From positions 2,144,001 through 2,208,000 of the forward strand of contig OZ219754.1 in assembly GCA_964291295.2 (NCBI GenBank): a DNA stretch of 64,000 nucleotides, in the 5' to 3' direction. A program made the translations under genes and the position numbers. Under the pieces are notes generated by a model. The model had not been told where the DNA came from, ran no database searches, and worked only from the letters and a program-made list of their open reading frames with translations. This DNA is from an uncultured Candidatus Binatia bacterium (GTDB taxonomy: Bacteria; Desulfobacterota; Binatia; UBA9968; JAJDTQ01). Below are positions 36,489 to 45,594 of this stretch, piece after piece. Within the stretch, counting starts at the first letter, position 1. Every line of letters begins with the position of its first letter.

Positions 36489-37745
36489 ATGAATCTGAGT
36501 GAACAAGGGGCGCTGGCTCCCTACCGGGTTCTGGATCTGACCGACGAGCTCGGTTTCCTCTGCGGCAAGACGCTGGGTGATCTCGGCGCCGACGTCATCA
36601 AGGTGGAACGCCCGGGAGGGGACGCCGCCCGGCACATGGGGCCGTATCTCGACGGCGGCCGCGACCCGGAGAAGAGCCTCTACTGGTTCGCTTTCAACAA
36701 CAACAAGCGCGGGATAACGCTCAATCTGGAGGCGCCGGCGGGGCGGGAGCTGCTTCAGCGCCTGGTCGCCACCGCGGACTTCGTGCTGGAGACGTTCCGG
36801 CCGGGCTACCTGGACGGGATCGGCCTCGGCCACGAGGTTATCCGGGCCGCCAACCCGAACACGGTGCTGGTGTCCATCACCCCCTTCGGCCTCACCGGCC
36901 CCTACAGCCGGTACCGGGCCACCGACATCGAGATCATGGCCATGAGCGGCTGCATGTCGCTTACCGGCGATCCGGACAAGCCGCCGCTGCGGGTGACCTT
37001 CCCCCAGTCCTATCAGTGGACCGGCTCCTATGCCGCCATGGCGGCGCTGGTGGCCCACACCCAGCGGCGGCGCACCGGCCGGGGCGAGCACGTGGACGTG
37101 TCGGCCCAGGCATGCATGCTCTGGGGCTTTTCCCACGCCCATACCTTCTGGGACCTCAACCGGTCGGTGGAGAAGCGGGCCGGCTCGTTCATGACCGGGC
37201 GCACCATTACCGGTGCCAGGATGCGGGTGTTCTGGCCCTGCAGGGACGGCTACCTGAACTTCATCATCTACGGCGGCGAGGCCGGACGCAAGACCAACCA
37301 GGCGCTGGTGGAGTGGATGGCCGAAAAGGGGGCGGCACCCGCGTTCCTGCGGGAGAAGGACTGGCGCGCCTTCAACATCGAACAGGTGACACAGGACGAG
37401 ATCGACGTCATGGAGGAGCCCATCGCCGGATTCTTCGCCGGGGTGACCAAGCAGGAGTTCTTCGAGGCGGTGACCGCCCGGGGCATGCTGGGCTATCCGG
37501 TGTCCACGGCCCAGGAACTCCTCGCCGACCCGCAACTCAAGGCCCGGGATTTCTGGCAGGAGGTCGAACATCCGGAGCTGAACCGCTCCATCACCTACCC
37601 CGGAGGATTCGCCCGCTTCTCCGAATTCCCCTGCCGGATCAACCGCCGGGCGCCGCTCATCGGCGAGCACAATCGGGAAGTCTACGGGGAGATGGGACTG
37701 GACGACGGGGAACTGGCCCGGCTTGAGGCCCAGGGCCTGGTGTGA
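36489..37745 (+). CDS. Class III CoA-transferase (CaiB/BaiF), subunit A
   Basis: RVLDLT, LGADVIKVERPGGD, NKRGITLNL, ADFVLETFRPG, APLIGEHN. Confidence 0.93.
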   Translation: MNLSEQGALAPYRVLDLTDELGFLCGKTLGDLGADVIKVERPGGDAARHMGPYLDGGRDPEKSLYWFAFNNNKRGITLNLEAPAGRELLQRLVATADFVLETFRPGYLDGIGLGHEVIRAANPNTVLVSITPFGLTGPYSRYRATDIEIMAMSGCMSLTGDPDKPPLRVTFPQSYQWTGSYAAMAALVAHTQRRRTGRGEHVDVSAQACMLWGFSHAHTFWDLNRSVEKRAGSFMTGRTITGARMRVFWPCRDGYLNFIIYGGEAGRKTNQALVEWMAEKGAAPAFLREKDWRAFNIEQVTQDEIDVMEEPIAGFFAGVTKQEFFEAVTARGMLGYPVSTAQELLADPQLKARDFWQEVEHPELNRSITYPGGFARFSEFPCRINRRAPLIGEHNREVYGEMGLDDGELARLEAQGLV

Positions 37746-37794
37746 CCCGATGGGGCACGGCAAGGTTCCGGAGAATCGCGGGAGTGGAAAGGGC

Positions 37795-39009
37795 ATGAAG
37801 GCACTGGAAGGTCTGAAGGTGGTGGAGGCCGCCGCCTACGCGGCCGGGCCGGTGGTGGGCAAGCATCTGGTGGACCAGGGGGCCACGGTGGTGCACATTG
37901 AATCGCGGACGCGTCCCGACGGCTTCCGCACCCACTATCCGCCCTACAAGGACAACATCCACGGACTCAACCGCTCGGGTCTGTTCGCGCTCTGCAACAG
38001 CGAGAAGCTTGGCATCACCCTGAATCTGAAGAAGGGGCCGGAGGCCGTGGCGCTGGCCAAGCGCATCGTGAAGTGGGCGGATGTCCTGGTGGAGAACTTC
38101 AGCCCCGGCACCGTGGCGCGGTTGGGCCTGGGGTATGAAACCTTGCGGGAGGTCAACCCGCGTCTCATCATGCTGAGCAGTTCGAACCTCGGACAGACCG
38201 GACCCCACGCGCGCCATCCCGGTTTCGGTTCCCAGCTTTCCTCCCTCGCGGGCTTCACCAATCTGACCGGATACCGGGACGGTTCCCCCCAGATCCTGTA
38301 CGGCCCCTACATCGACTACATCGCCGTGGGCTACGGCGTGGTGGCCGTGCTGGCGGCGCTGGAATATCGGGAGGCCACCGGCCGCGGGCAGTACATCGAC
38401 CTTGCGCAGTACGAGACCGGGCTCCAATACCTCGCACCGTTGCTGCTGGACTACACCGTCAACGGCCACATCGCCATGCGCGACGGCAACCGCCATCCCG
38501 AGGCCTCGCCGCACGGTGCCTTCCCGTGCGCCGGCGACGACAACTGGTGTGTCCTCAGCGTCGCGTCGGACGACCAGTGGCAGGCGTTGTGCCAGGCCAT
38601 GGAGCGCCCGGAGTGGGGTGGACGGGACGAGTACGCCACCGCCGAGCGGCGACGGAAGCGGGCAGACCAACTGGAAGCCCGCATCGGCGAGTGGACCCGC
38701 CGGTTCGAGGCTCGCGAGCTGGTGCAGAAGCTTCAGGCCGCCGGCGTCCCGTCGGGCGTGGTGAACGGAATGGACCAGGTCCATGACGACCCCCAGCTCG
38801 TGCACCGGGGCCAATGGAACCGCCTCGACCATCCGGAAATCGGTCCCATGTCCTATCAGCGGGCACCCTACATCCTGTCCGGGAGCGACGGCGGCCCGGA
38901 CCGCCCGGACCCCTTGCTGGGCCAGCACAACGGTTACTTCTACCGCGAGTTGCTGGGGCTCTCGGACGAGGAGTTCGATGCCCTCGCGAAGCAGGGGGTT
39001 ATCGACTAG
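37795..39009 (+). CDS. Class III CoA-transferase (CaiB/BaiF), subunit B
   Basis: ADVLVENFSPG, GLGYETLREVNPRLI, PYIDYIA (catalytic Asp position), PLLGQHN. Confidence 0.93.
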   Translation: MKALEGLKVVEAAAYAAGPVVGKHLVDQGATVVHIESRTRPDGFRTHYPPYKDNIHGLNRSGLFALCNSEKLGITLNLKKGPEAVALAKRIVKWADVLVENFSPGTVARLGLGYETLREVNPRLIMLSSSNLGQTGPHARHPGFGSQLSSLAGFTNLTGYRDGSPQILYGPYIDYIAVGYGVVAVLAALEYREATGRGQYIDLAQYETGLQYLAPLLLDYTVNGHIAMRDGNRHPEASPHGAFPCAGDDNWCVLSVASDDQWQALCQAMERPEWGGRDEYATAERRRKRADQLEARIGEWTRRFEARELVQKLQAAGVPSGVVNGMDQVHDDPQLVHRGQWNRLDHPEIGPMSYQRAPYILSGSDGGPDRPDPLLGQHNGYFYRELLGLSDEEFDALAKQGVID

Positions 39010-39179
39010 GAGCCTGTGCCGCAGGACGCTTCGGGATGTGACCGGTGGGATAGCATGACCAGATTTTCGTCCAAAATGCCAGAAACGCGTAGCCTTGTCC
39101 CATTATTGGACATTAATCGGGCGCCAAGTGGGATTCTGGTGGATCTCTGTCCCACGAAAATTTTCTGCGGCGCAGACTC
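39010..39179. mobile_element. MITE (non-autonomous element) with 15-bp imperfect TIRs, flanked by CTAG
   Basis: CTAG|GAGCCTGTGCCGCAG ... CTGCGGCGCAGACTC|CTAG; 13/15 inverted-repeat match; interior AT-richer and non-coding. Confidence 0.78.
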
Positions 39180-39225
39180 CTAGGAAACCCTCGGTGCCAG
39201 TGCCGCAGCTTGCGGATTCCGGCCC

Positions 39226-39699
39226 ATGAAGAGACCTGAGCCGTTCGAGTTAAGCGAAGCCGCCTTCGCGGCGGTTCGCGCGCATGCAGCGGAGAGCTAT
39301 CCCGAGGAGTGCTGCGGGGTGATCCTCGCCGGCGGCGAGGTCCATCGGCTCGTCAATATCCAGAACACGCTTCACGCCAACGATCCCGAGACGTTTCCCA
39401 GGGACGCCCGGACTGCCTACACCATGGACCCGAAGGAGTTGGAGAGGGTTCTCGAGGCGGCCGGGGACAGGGGTCTGGCCTTCAGGGCACTCTATCATTC
39501 CCATCCCGACCACGATGCCTATTTCTCCGCCGAGGACAGGGCCTGCGCCACGCCTTTCGGAGAACCCACCTATCCGGACACCGCGCAGATCGTGATATCG
39601 GTGGTGAGCGGCCACGTCGGCCGGGTCGCGGTCCATGTCTGGGACCCTGAGGTCGGGGACTACGTCGAGACCACACTCAAGAGAATCCCGGCCCGTTGA
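39226..39699 (+). CDS. JAB/MPN+ (M67) metallopeptidase, CysO-cysteine peptidase-like
   Basis: YPEECCG and YHSHPDHDAYFSAED (JAMM motif). Confidence 0.92.
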   Translation: MKRPEPFELSEAAFAAVRAHAAESYPEECCGVILAGGEVHRLVNIQNTLHANDPETFPRDARTAYTMDPKELERVLEAAGDRGLAFRALYHSHPDHDAYFSAEDRACATPFGEPTYPDTAQIVISVVSGHVGRVAVHVWDPEVGDYVETTLKRIPAR

Positions 39700-39797
39700 C
39701 GCCGCCGCCGGCGGTGTTCTCCGGATGGTCGCCCCGAACCATTCAGGTTTGAAATGCCCGCACGATGTTGCTACCGTGCGGGCCAGGGAGAGCGATC

Positions 39798-40082
39798 GTG
39801 CGGCACGACGTGAGACTGTTCCTGCGGGCGGGAGACGAGGTCAAACACCACCGCAACCTCCAGTGGGGCGTGGGCATCGTGGAGGAGGTGATGACCTCCA
39901 GCGTCCCCGGCGGAACCTGTCTCGCCCGCATCCGCTTCCAGGATGGCCGTCTCCGCGTCTTCCACAACGATCTCGACAATCAGAGCTGCTGCTACTATTT
40001 CGGCATCCGTCACTACGACGACCCCGGCCCCGGCGGCATCCGCCGCCAACTCCTGGCCTGCTTCGATCCCGAGGACTGCTGA
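39798..40082 (+). CDS. Small SH3-like protein (DUF3553-like)
   Basis: LRAGDEVKH...WGVGIV...RIRFQDGR...CCYYFGIR. Start uncertain. Confidence 0.65.
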   Translation: MRHDVRLFLRAGDEVKHHRNLQWGVGIVEEVMTSSVPGGTCLARIRFQDGRLRVFHNDLDNQSCCYYFGIRHYDDPGPGGIRRQLLACFDPEDC

Positions 40083-40151
40083 GGCCGTGGAACGGGGCGA
40101 CCGAAGCGGCTGCCCCCGGACCGGCACGAGACGCCGCGTGGCGGCGACCCT

Positions 40152-40880
40152 TCAGCCTGCAAGGTGGATTCTGTAGAAATTCACGGTTCGTCGCCACGCG
40201 TCGGCCGCGGCCTCGGGGTGGTAGCGGTCGGCGTTGGTGTTGTTGTTGAAGGCATGCCTGGCGCCATGGCCGTAGCTCTTGAGATCGATGGTCTTGCCGT
40301 TCCTTGCCAGCGCCTCCTTCAAGGGCTCGATGCCGGGAATGATGTTGGGATCGTCGTCGGCGTAGTTGCCCATGAGAGGGCAGGTGATTCTGGCCACCGC
40401 CTCCAGCGGGTCCGGGTTGCGCCCGTAGTACACCACGGCCGCATGGAGCCGATTGCACCGGGTGGCGAAATTGAGGGACTGGCCGCCGCCCCAGCAGTAG
40501 CCGACCACACCCACCTTGCCGTTGGTGAAGCCTTGGCCCTTGAGATACTCGAGGGTGCTTGTCAGGTCTTCCACGCAACCTTCGGGATCCAGGCTCCGGA
40601 TGGCGGCGATGGCCTCCTGCGACGTGGCGTACTGCCCGGTGCCGCCGGTGCGCTGGAGCAGGTCCGGCGCAAGGGCGGCGAAGCCCTCCTTGGCGAAGTG
40701 CCGCGCCACGTCCTTGATGTGGTCGACGAGGCCGACGTTTTCATGAATCACGATTACCGAACCCAGGTCGGTGCCGCCCCTGGGCCGCGACATGTAGCCC
40801 GTACAGCTTCCGTACCGGACCGTTCCCGATTCCAGCTCGGGGTCGTTCTCGTCGACGAGACGGGACAGGGTTTCTGCCAT
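40152..40880 (-). CDS. Dienelactone hydrolase family protein
   Basis: VIHENVGL, GVVGYCWGG (Cys nucleophile), HAFNN, AADAWRRT; AAGGAG upstream. Confidence 0.93.
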   Translation of the reverse strand: MAETLSRLVDENDPELESGTVRYGSCTGYMSRPRGGTDLGSVIVIHENVGLVDHIKDVARHFAKEGFAALAPDLLQRTGGTGQYATSQEAIAAIRSLDPEGCVEDLTSTLEYLKGQGFTNGKVGVVGYCWGGGQSLNFATRCNRLHAAVVYYGRNPDPLEAVARITCPLMGNYADDDPNIIPGIEPLKEALARNGKTIDLKSYGHGARHAFNNNTNADRYHPEAAADAWRRTVNFYRIHLAG

Positions 40881-41325
40881 AGGTGGATATCTCCTTTCAC
40901 ATGGGGTGCAGATTCCAGGGCGGTCTCCGGACGACGAAGACGGATGTCCTGATGCTGACGGCAAGGGCCGCTGTGCACCCGTTGAGTGAGCCTTCCGATG
41001 GGTCTCCCCGAGGGGGGCCGTGTGTCGGCAAGCCCTTGTACCAGACGGCCCGACCCGGCACAAGGTGCCCGCCGGTCCAGGACACGTTGCCGTCGCTTCG
41101 CCGGACAGCAGGGATCCGTGGCCGCCTCTGCCGGGGCCGGCTGCAACGTCCTGTCCGCACGGAGCCGGGATCGATCCCGTGCGCGGACCGATGCGTACCT
41201 GCCGGTGGAGCAAGGATGGTCCCGGTGCGCGGCGCACGGTTCCGTCAGGGTTCGCGGCGTCGATCTCGCCGGACACCCTGCCGTGCGAAATTCGTGAAGG
41301 TGGACAGACCGGCGGAGTGCCGGCG

Positions 41326-42810
41326 CTACGCTGTCGGCGACCATCCGGGCGTCCTTGCGATATCCAGCAGGCCCTCCATATCGACGGCCGCCTCCAGGCA
41401 GTCGGCGAGTTGTTCGAGCGTGTGCTCGATCTCCGCACCATACCGGAAGCGGGCGTCGACAGGCGCACCCGCCCGGGCCAGCCAGGCGCGGCGAAAGCCG
41501 TCGCTGGAAAACAGGCCGTGCAGATAGGTACCTTCCACCAAGCCGTTGGCGCCGCGCGCGCCGTCGGGTGCCCCATCCACCCATGCGAAAGGCCGGCGGC
41601 TGTCCGGTCCGGTGCTCCGTCCCATGTGGATTTCATAGCCGCTGATGGATTCGCCCGTGAGGGCACAGGCGGCGGTGACCGGGGAGACCTGTTTTTCCGC
41701 GCTCATCACGGTCCGGACATTCAGCAGGCCGAGCCCCGCCGCCTCCCCGGGCGCGCCGTCGACGCCGTCGGGGTCGGCGATATGGGTGCCCAGCAGCTGA
41801 TACCCGCCGCACACGCCGAGTACCCGTCCGTCCGCCCGCGCATGGGCGATGATGTCATGGTCCCAGCCTTGTGCACGCAGGAATGCAAGGTCGCCGAGCG
41901 CCGATTTCGTGCCGAACAGGATGATGACGTCCGTGTCTCGCGGAATGGGCCGGCCCGGTGAAACCCACTGGAAATCGACACCGCGTTCCAGCCTGAGCGG
42001 ATCGGCATCGTCGAAATTGGCGATGCGGGAAAGCAGCGGCGCGGCAATTTTCAGTACGCCGCCGTGCCTTGGCTGCGGCGGTTCCAGGACGACGGCATCC
42101 TCGGCCGGCAGTCGTGTGGCGGCGGACAGCCAAGGGATGACGCCAAGGCAGGGCCAGCCCGTGCGCGCCTTGATGGCGGCAACGCCGTCCTCGAAGAGTC
42201 GGGGATCGCCCCGGAACTTGTTGATGAGGAAGCCCTGGATCATGGCCGCATCGTCCGGGGCGAGCACGGCTCTCGTCCCCACCACGCTGGCGATGACACC
42301 GCCCCTGTCGATGTCTCCGATCAGGCAGACGGGAACGCCCGCCTTGCGGGCAAAGCCCATGTTGGCGATGTCCCGGGCGCGCAGATTGATCTCTGCCGGA
42401 CTGCCCGCGCCTTCGACGAGCACAAGGTCGTGTTGTGCTGCCAGACGCGCGAAACTCTCGATGACGGCTTGCATCAGCCGGTCACGGCTCGCCATGTAGT
42501 CGGCGGCTTCCATCGCTTCCAGCGCACGTCCCTGGACCACCACCTGGGCGGTCCGGTCGGTCTGGGGCTTCAGCAGCACCGGGTTCATGTCCGCGTGCGG
42601 CTCAAGGCCGGCCGCAAGCGCCTGCAATGCCTGGGCGCGGCCGATCTCGCCGCCGCCCGGGCAGGCGGCGGCGTTGTTGGACATGTTCTGCGGCTTGAAC
42701 GGGGCCACGCGAAAGCCTTGGCGCTTCGCCATCCGGCACAGGACGGTGGTGAGCACGGATTTGCCGACATCCGATCCCGTGCCTTGCAGCATGAGTGCCC
42801 GTGCCGTCAT
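41326..42810 (-). CDS. cobQ: Cobyric acid synthase
   Basis: LQGTGSDVGKS, PFKPQNMSNN, EGAGSPAEINL, GVCGGYQLLG, GYEIHMG, GTYLHG. Confidence 0.96.
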   Translation of the reverse strand: MTARALMLQGTGSDVGKSVLTTVLCRMAKRQGFRVAPFKPQNMSNNAAACPGGGEIGRAQALQALAAGLEPHADMNPVLLKPQTDRTAQVVVQGRALEAMEAADYMASRDRLMQAVIESFARLAAQHDLVLVEGAGSPAEINLRARDIANMGFARKAGVPVCLIGDIDRGGVIASVVGTRAVLAPDDAAMIQGFLINKFRGDPRLFEDGVAAIKARTGWPCLGVIPWLSAATRLPAEDAVVLEPPQPRHGGVLKIAAPLLSRIANFDDADPLRLERGVDFQWVSPGRPIPRDTDVIILFGTKSALGDLAFLRAQGWDHDIIAHARADGRVLGVCGGYQLLGTHIADPDGVDGAPGEAAGLGLLNVRTVMSAEKQVSPVTAACALTGESISGYEIHMGRSTGPDSRRPFAWVDGAPDGARGANGLVEGTYLHGLFSSDGFRRAWLARAGAPVDARFRYGAEIEHTLEQLADCLEAAVDMEGLLDIARTPGWSPTA

Positions 42811-43568
42811 GGAATTCCCAGCATGTCGACCCGTCCGTCCTCGACGCGGGCCCGCACGCCGTAGATGGATTGCAGCCGCGCCGCGGTCAAGGTCTCCGCC
42901 GGAGGGCCGTCGGCGAGGAGGCGCCCCGCTTTCATCCACATGAAGCGCGACGCATACTTCGCCGCGAACGGCACGTCGTGGAGCACCACCAGCGCGCCGC
43001 CGCCGGCTTCCACGAACGCCCGGATCAAGTCCATGATGCGGAACTGGTGGCTCGGGTCGAGCCCGGCCACGGGCTCATCGGCCACCAGCAGCGGCGCTTC
43101 GGCGGCGAAGGCGCGCGCGCAATGCACTCGGGCGAGTTCCCCGCCCGACAGCGTATCGGTTCGGCGGTGGGCGAGATGGGAGAGGTCGCAGGCGGCCACC
43201 GCCCGCTCCACGGCTTCGGCGTCCGGCTCCTTGAGGCGTCCGAGCGCCGCGCCATGACTGAAGCGGCCGAGGGCGACTACATCCCGTACCGAGCTCGGCC
43301 AGGCAAGTGGCCGTTCCTGGGGCAGATAGGCGACCGCGCGTGCGCGTCTCGCGGCACCAAGGCGCCGCGTGTCCATCCCACCGAGTGTGGCGCCACCGCT
43401 GGTGGGCTTTTCAAGACCGAGGCTCGCGCGAATGAGGCTGGTCTTGCCGGCACCATTGGGTCCGAGCAGGGCCACCAACTCACCCGGGGCGAGACGGAAG
43501 CTGGCGGCGTCCACGAGCGTCGCCGCTCCGGTCTTGACGGCAAGGTCGGTGACCACGAGCTCCGTCAT
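42807..43568 (-). CDS. Cobalamin/iron-chelate ABC transporter ATPase (BtuD-like)
   Basis: GPNGAGKT, LSGGE, VADEP. Confidence 0.9.
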   Translation of the reverse strand: MTELVVTDLAVKTGAATLVDAASFRLAPGELVALLGPNGAGKTSLIRASLGLEKPTSGGATLGGMDTRRLGAARRARAVAYLPQERPLAWPSSVRDVVALGRFSHGAALGRLKEPDAEAVERAVAACDLSHLAHRRTDTLSGGELARVHCARAFAAEAPLLVADEPVAGLDPSHQFRIMDLIRAFVEAGGGALVVLHDVPFAAKYASRFMWMKAGRLLADGPPAETLTAARLQSIYGVRARVEDGRVDMLGIP

Positions 43569-44557
43569 GAACGGACCCCCTGCCGCCGCATCGCGATCCA
43601 TACGAAGGCGGGCGCGCCCATCAGGGCCGCCACCACGCCCAGCTTGAGTTCATTGCTGGTTGGCAGGAGACGTACCCCGATATCGGCGATCACCAGGATC
43701 AGGCCGCCGAGCACGGCCGACGGGACCAGTGCCCGGCCCGGGTCGTGCCCCACCAGTGGCCGGACCACATGCGGTGCCACGATGCCGACAAAACCGATGG
43801 CGCCGGCAAGTGCCACGGAGGCGCCCGTGGCGAGCCCGGCGCCGAGCACGGTCACGATGCGTTGGCGGTGCAGATTCAGACCGACGCCACAGGCCGCTTC
43901 CTCGCCAAGCGTCAGCGCGGAAAGGCCGCGCCCGGTGGCGAGCAGGGCCGCGGCGCCCGCGATCAGGAAGGGCAGCGCCAGTGCGATGTCGTCGAAACTG
44001 CGATTGGCGACGGACCCCAGCATCCAGTTGATCATGTCCGCCAGAGAGAACGGATGCGGCGCAAGGTTCAGCAGCAGGGTCATGGCCGCACCGGCAAAGC
44101 TGGAGAGGCCCACGCCGATCAGGATCAAGGTCACGACCGAGCGGGTGCGGACGGCGGTCAGCGCCAGCAGCCCGGTCACCGCCATCGCCCCGAGAATCGC
44201 CGCGACGGGGAGGATCCAGGGGCTCAGCGCCACCAGGCCGTAGTAGATCGCGAAGGTCGCCGCCAGTGAAGCGGATGCCGAAACGCCCAGTACGCCGGGT
44301 TCGGCCAGCGGGTTCCGGAGCAGGCCCTGCAGCGCCGCGCCGCTGACTCCAAGCGCCGCGCCCACGAGGAAGGCCGCCAGTGCGCGGGGCAGGCGGATCG
44401 CCCAGACCACCAGCCGGTCGCCGGCATCCGCACCGCCGAAAAAGGCCGCCAGGACGCGCTCCGGCGCCAGCGGCGTCGATCCGAGCAGGCAGGCGGCGGC
44501 AAGGGCCGCGACGCTGGCGGTCACGAGGCACGGCAGCAGCCAGCGCGCCGCGCTCAT
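43565..44557 (-). CDS. FecCD/BtuC family ABC permease
   Basis: IRLPRAL, LQGLLRNPLAEPGVLGVS, GAIGFVGIVAPH. Confidence 0.93.
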   Translation of the reverse strand: MSAARWLLPCLVTASVAALAAACLLGSTPLAPERVLAAFFGGADAGDRLVVWAIRLPRALAAFLVGAALGVSGAALQGLLRNPLAEPGVLGVSASASLAATFAIYYGLVALSPWILPVAAILGAMAVTGLLALTAVRTRSVVTLILIGVGLSSFAGAAMTLLLNLAPHPFSLADMINWMLGSVANRSFDDIALALPFLIAGAAALLATGRGLSALTLGEEAACGVGLNLHRQRIVTVLGAGLATGASVALAGAIGFVGIVAPHVVRPLVGHDPGRALVPSAVLGGLILVIADIGVRLLPTSNELKLGVVAALMGAPAFVWIAMRRQGVRS

Positions 44558-45393
44558 CGCCCCGGACCCTGGGCCAGCGCCTCGATGGCGTCCAGGATGA
44601 ACCAGCCGCCGCACGCCGTCCACGCACCCCGCAAGGGCACGACACCCGGGCCGGTCCGTTGTGCCCGGGCGACGGGATGCCTTGAAGCACTCCAGGAACG
44701 AGGCGGATTCGCAAGGGTTTCAAAAAAAGCGGCGGCGACGAGGTCCGGCCGTGCATAGGCCAGTCGCTCAAGGGGCAGGGAGCGCCAGCCGGGCTCTTTC
44801 TGGAAGTTTTCGAGTCCGGCGGCGTGCAGCATTTCGTGGATCAGCGAACCGGGCCCGGTGGTCACGCCCCCCGGCGTCATGTAGAGCGCCGTCTCATCAC
44901 CGGCGCGCACCTTGACGGCGGCAAGGCGTGTACGGAACTCCTTGACCAGCGCCTTGCCGCGTGCCCGCTGGCCCAGTCCATCGGCCACCTGATGGATCAG
45001 TCCCGGGATGGAACCGCCGCTCTCGCCATCGATGGTCAAGACCGGGCCGAGCTGCAGCACCGGCACGCCCGCGCGCTCGAAGAAGGCGGCCACGTTCGGA
45101 CCGCCGCCATAAGAGCGGACGACCAGGTCCGGCTTGAGGATGAGGATGTCTTCCGCGACCGGGCGCACCGCCGGCATGCCGCCGGCGGCACCGCGCATGT
45201 GGGAGAACGCCTTTGTCCCGTCGGGGGAGATGGCAAGAATCTGCTCCGGGTCGGCCAGCTTGAGAACGTACTGGTCGGCGCAGTAGTCGAGGCTGACGAT
45301 CCGCCCGGGGCGCTGGCTGGTGGTGGGCGTGGCGGGTTCGGGGACGCTCCCCGCCAGACCGATCAGACCGAGAAGGACCGCCAGCGTCTCCAT
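44554..45393 (-). CDS. Periplasmic binding protein (BtuF-like)
   Basis: RIVSLDYCADQYVL, EDILILKPDLV; signal peptide; GGAGG RBS. Confidence 0.88.
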   Translation of the reverse strand: METLAVLLGLIGLAGSVPEPATPTTSQRPGRIVSLDYCADQYVLKLADPEQILAISPDGTKAFSHMRGAAGGMPAVRPVAEDILILKPDLVVRSYGGGPNVAAFFERAGVPVLQLGPVLTIDGESGGSIPGLIHQVADGLGQRARGKALVKEFRTRLAAVKVRAGDETALYMTPGGVTTGPGSLIHEMLHAAGLENFQKEPGWRSLPLERLAYARPDLVAAAFFETLANPPRSWSASRHPVARAQRTGPGVVPLRGAWTACGGWFILDAIEALAQGPGR

Positions 45394-45594
45394 GGCCGGT
45401 TCCCTCCGTTGCGCGCGTGGGCGAAGACCAGGCCGGGGCCGTGCCCCCTCGCCCCGGAGGCCTTGTTCCTCTGTTCGATCCCGGGTTTTCGCATCGCGGC
45501 TCCGGACCCCTCCGCGTCGTACGCTCCGAGGGTACGCGGACACGCCGGACGCAGCCCTTGCGCCGTTTGCCGGCGTGGACTGGACAGGGTCACG

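Noticed and set aside
40881-41325. 445-bp gap between cobQ and the dienelactone hydrolase as an ncRNA or small gene
   Set aside because: No recognisable RNA motif, RBS-supported ORF or terminal repeats; left unannotated.
45394-45594. Cobalamin riboswitch upstream of the btuF-like gene
   Set aside because: I could not find the conserved GGGAA / GCCACTG / B12-box elements by eye. An Rfam scan is needed to exclude it fully.
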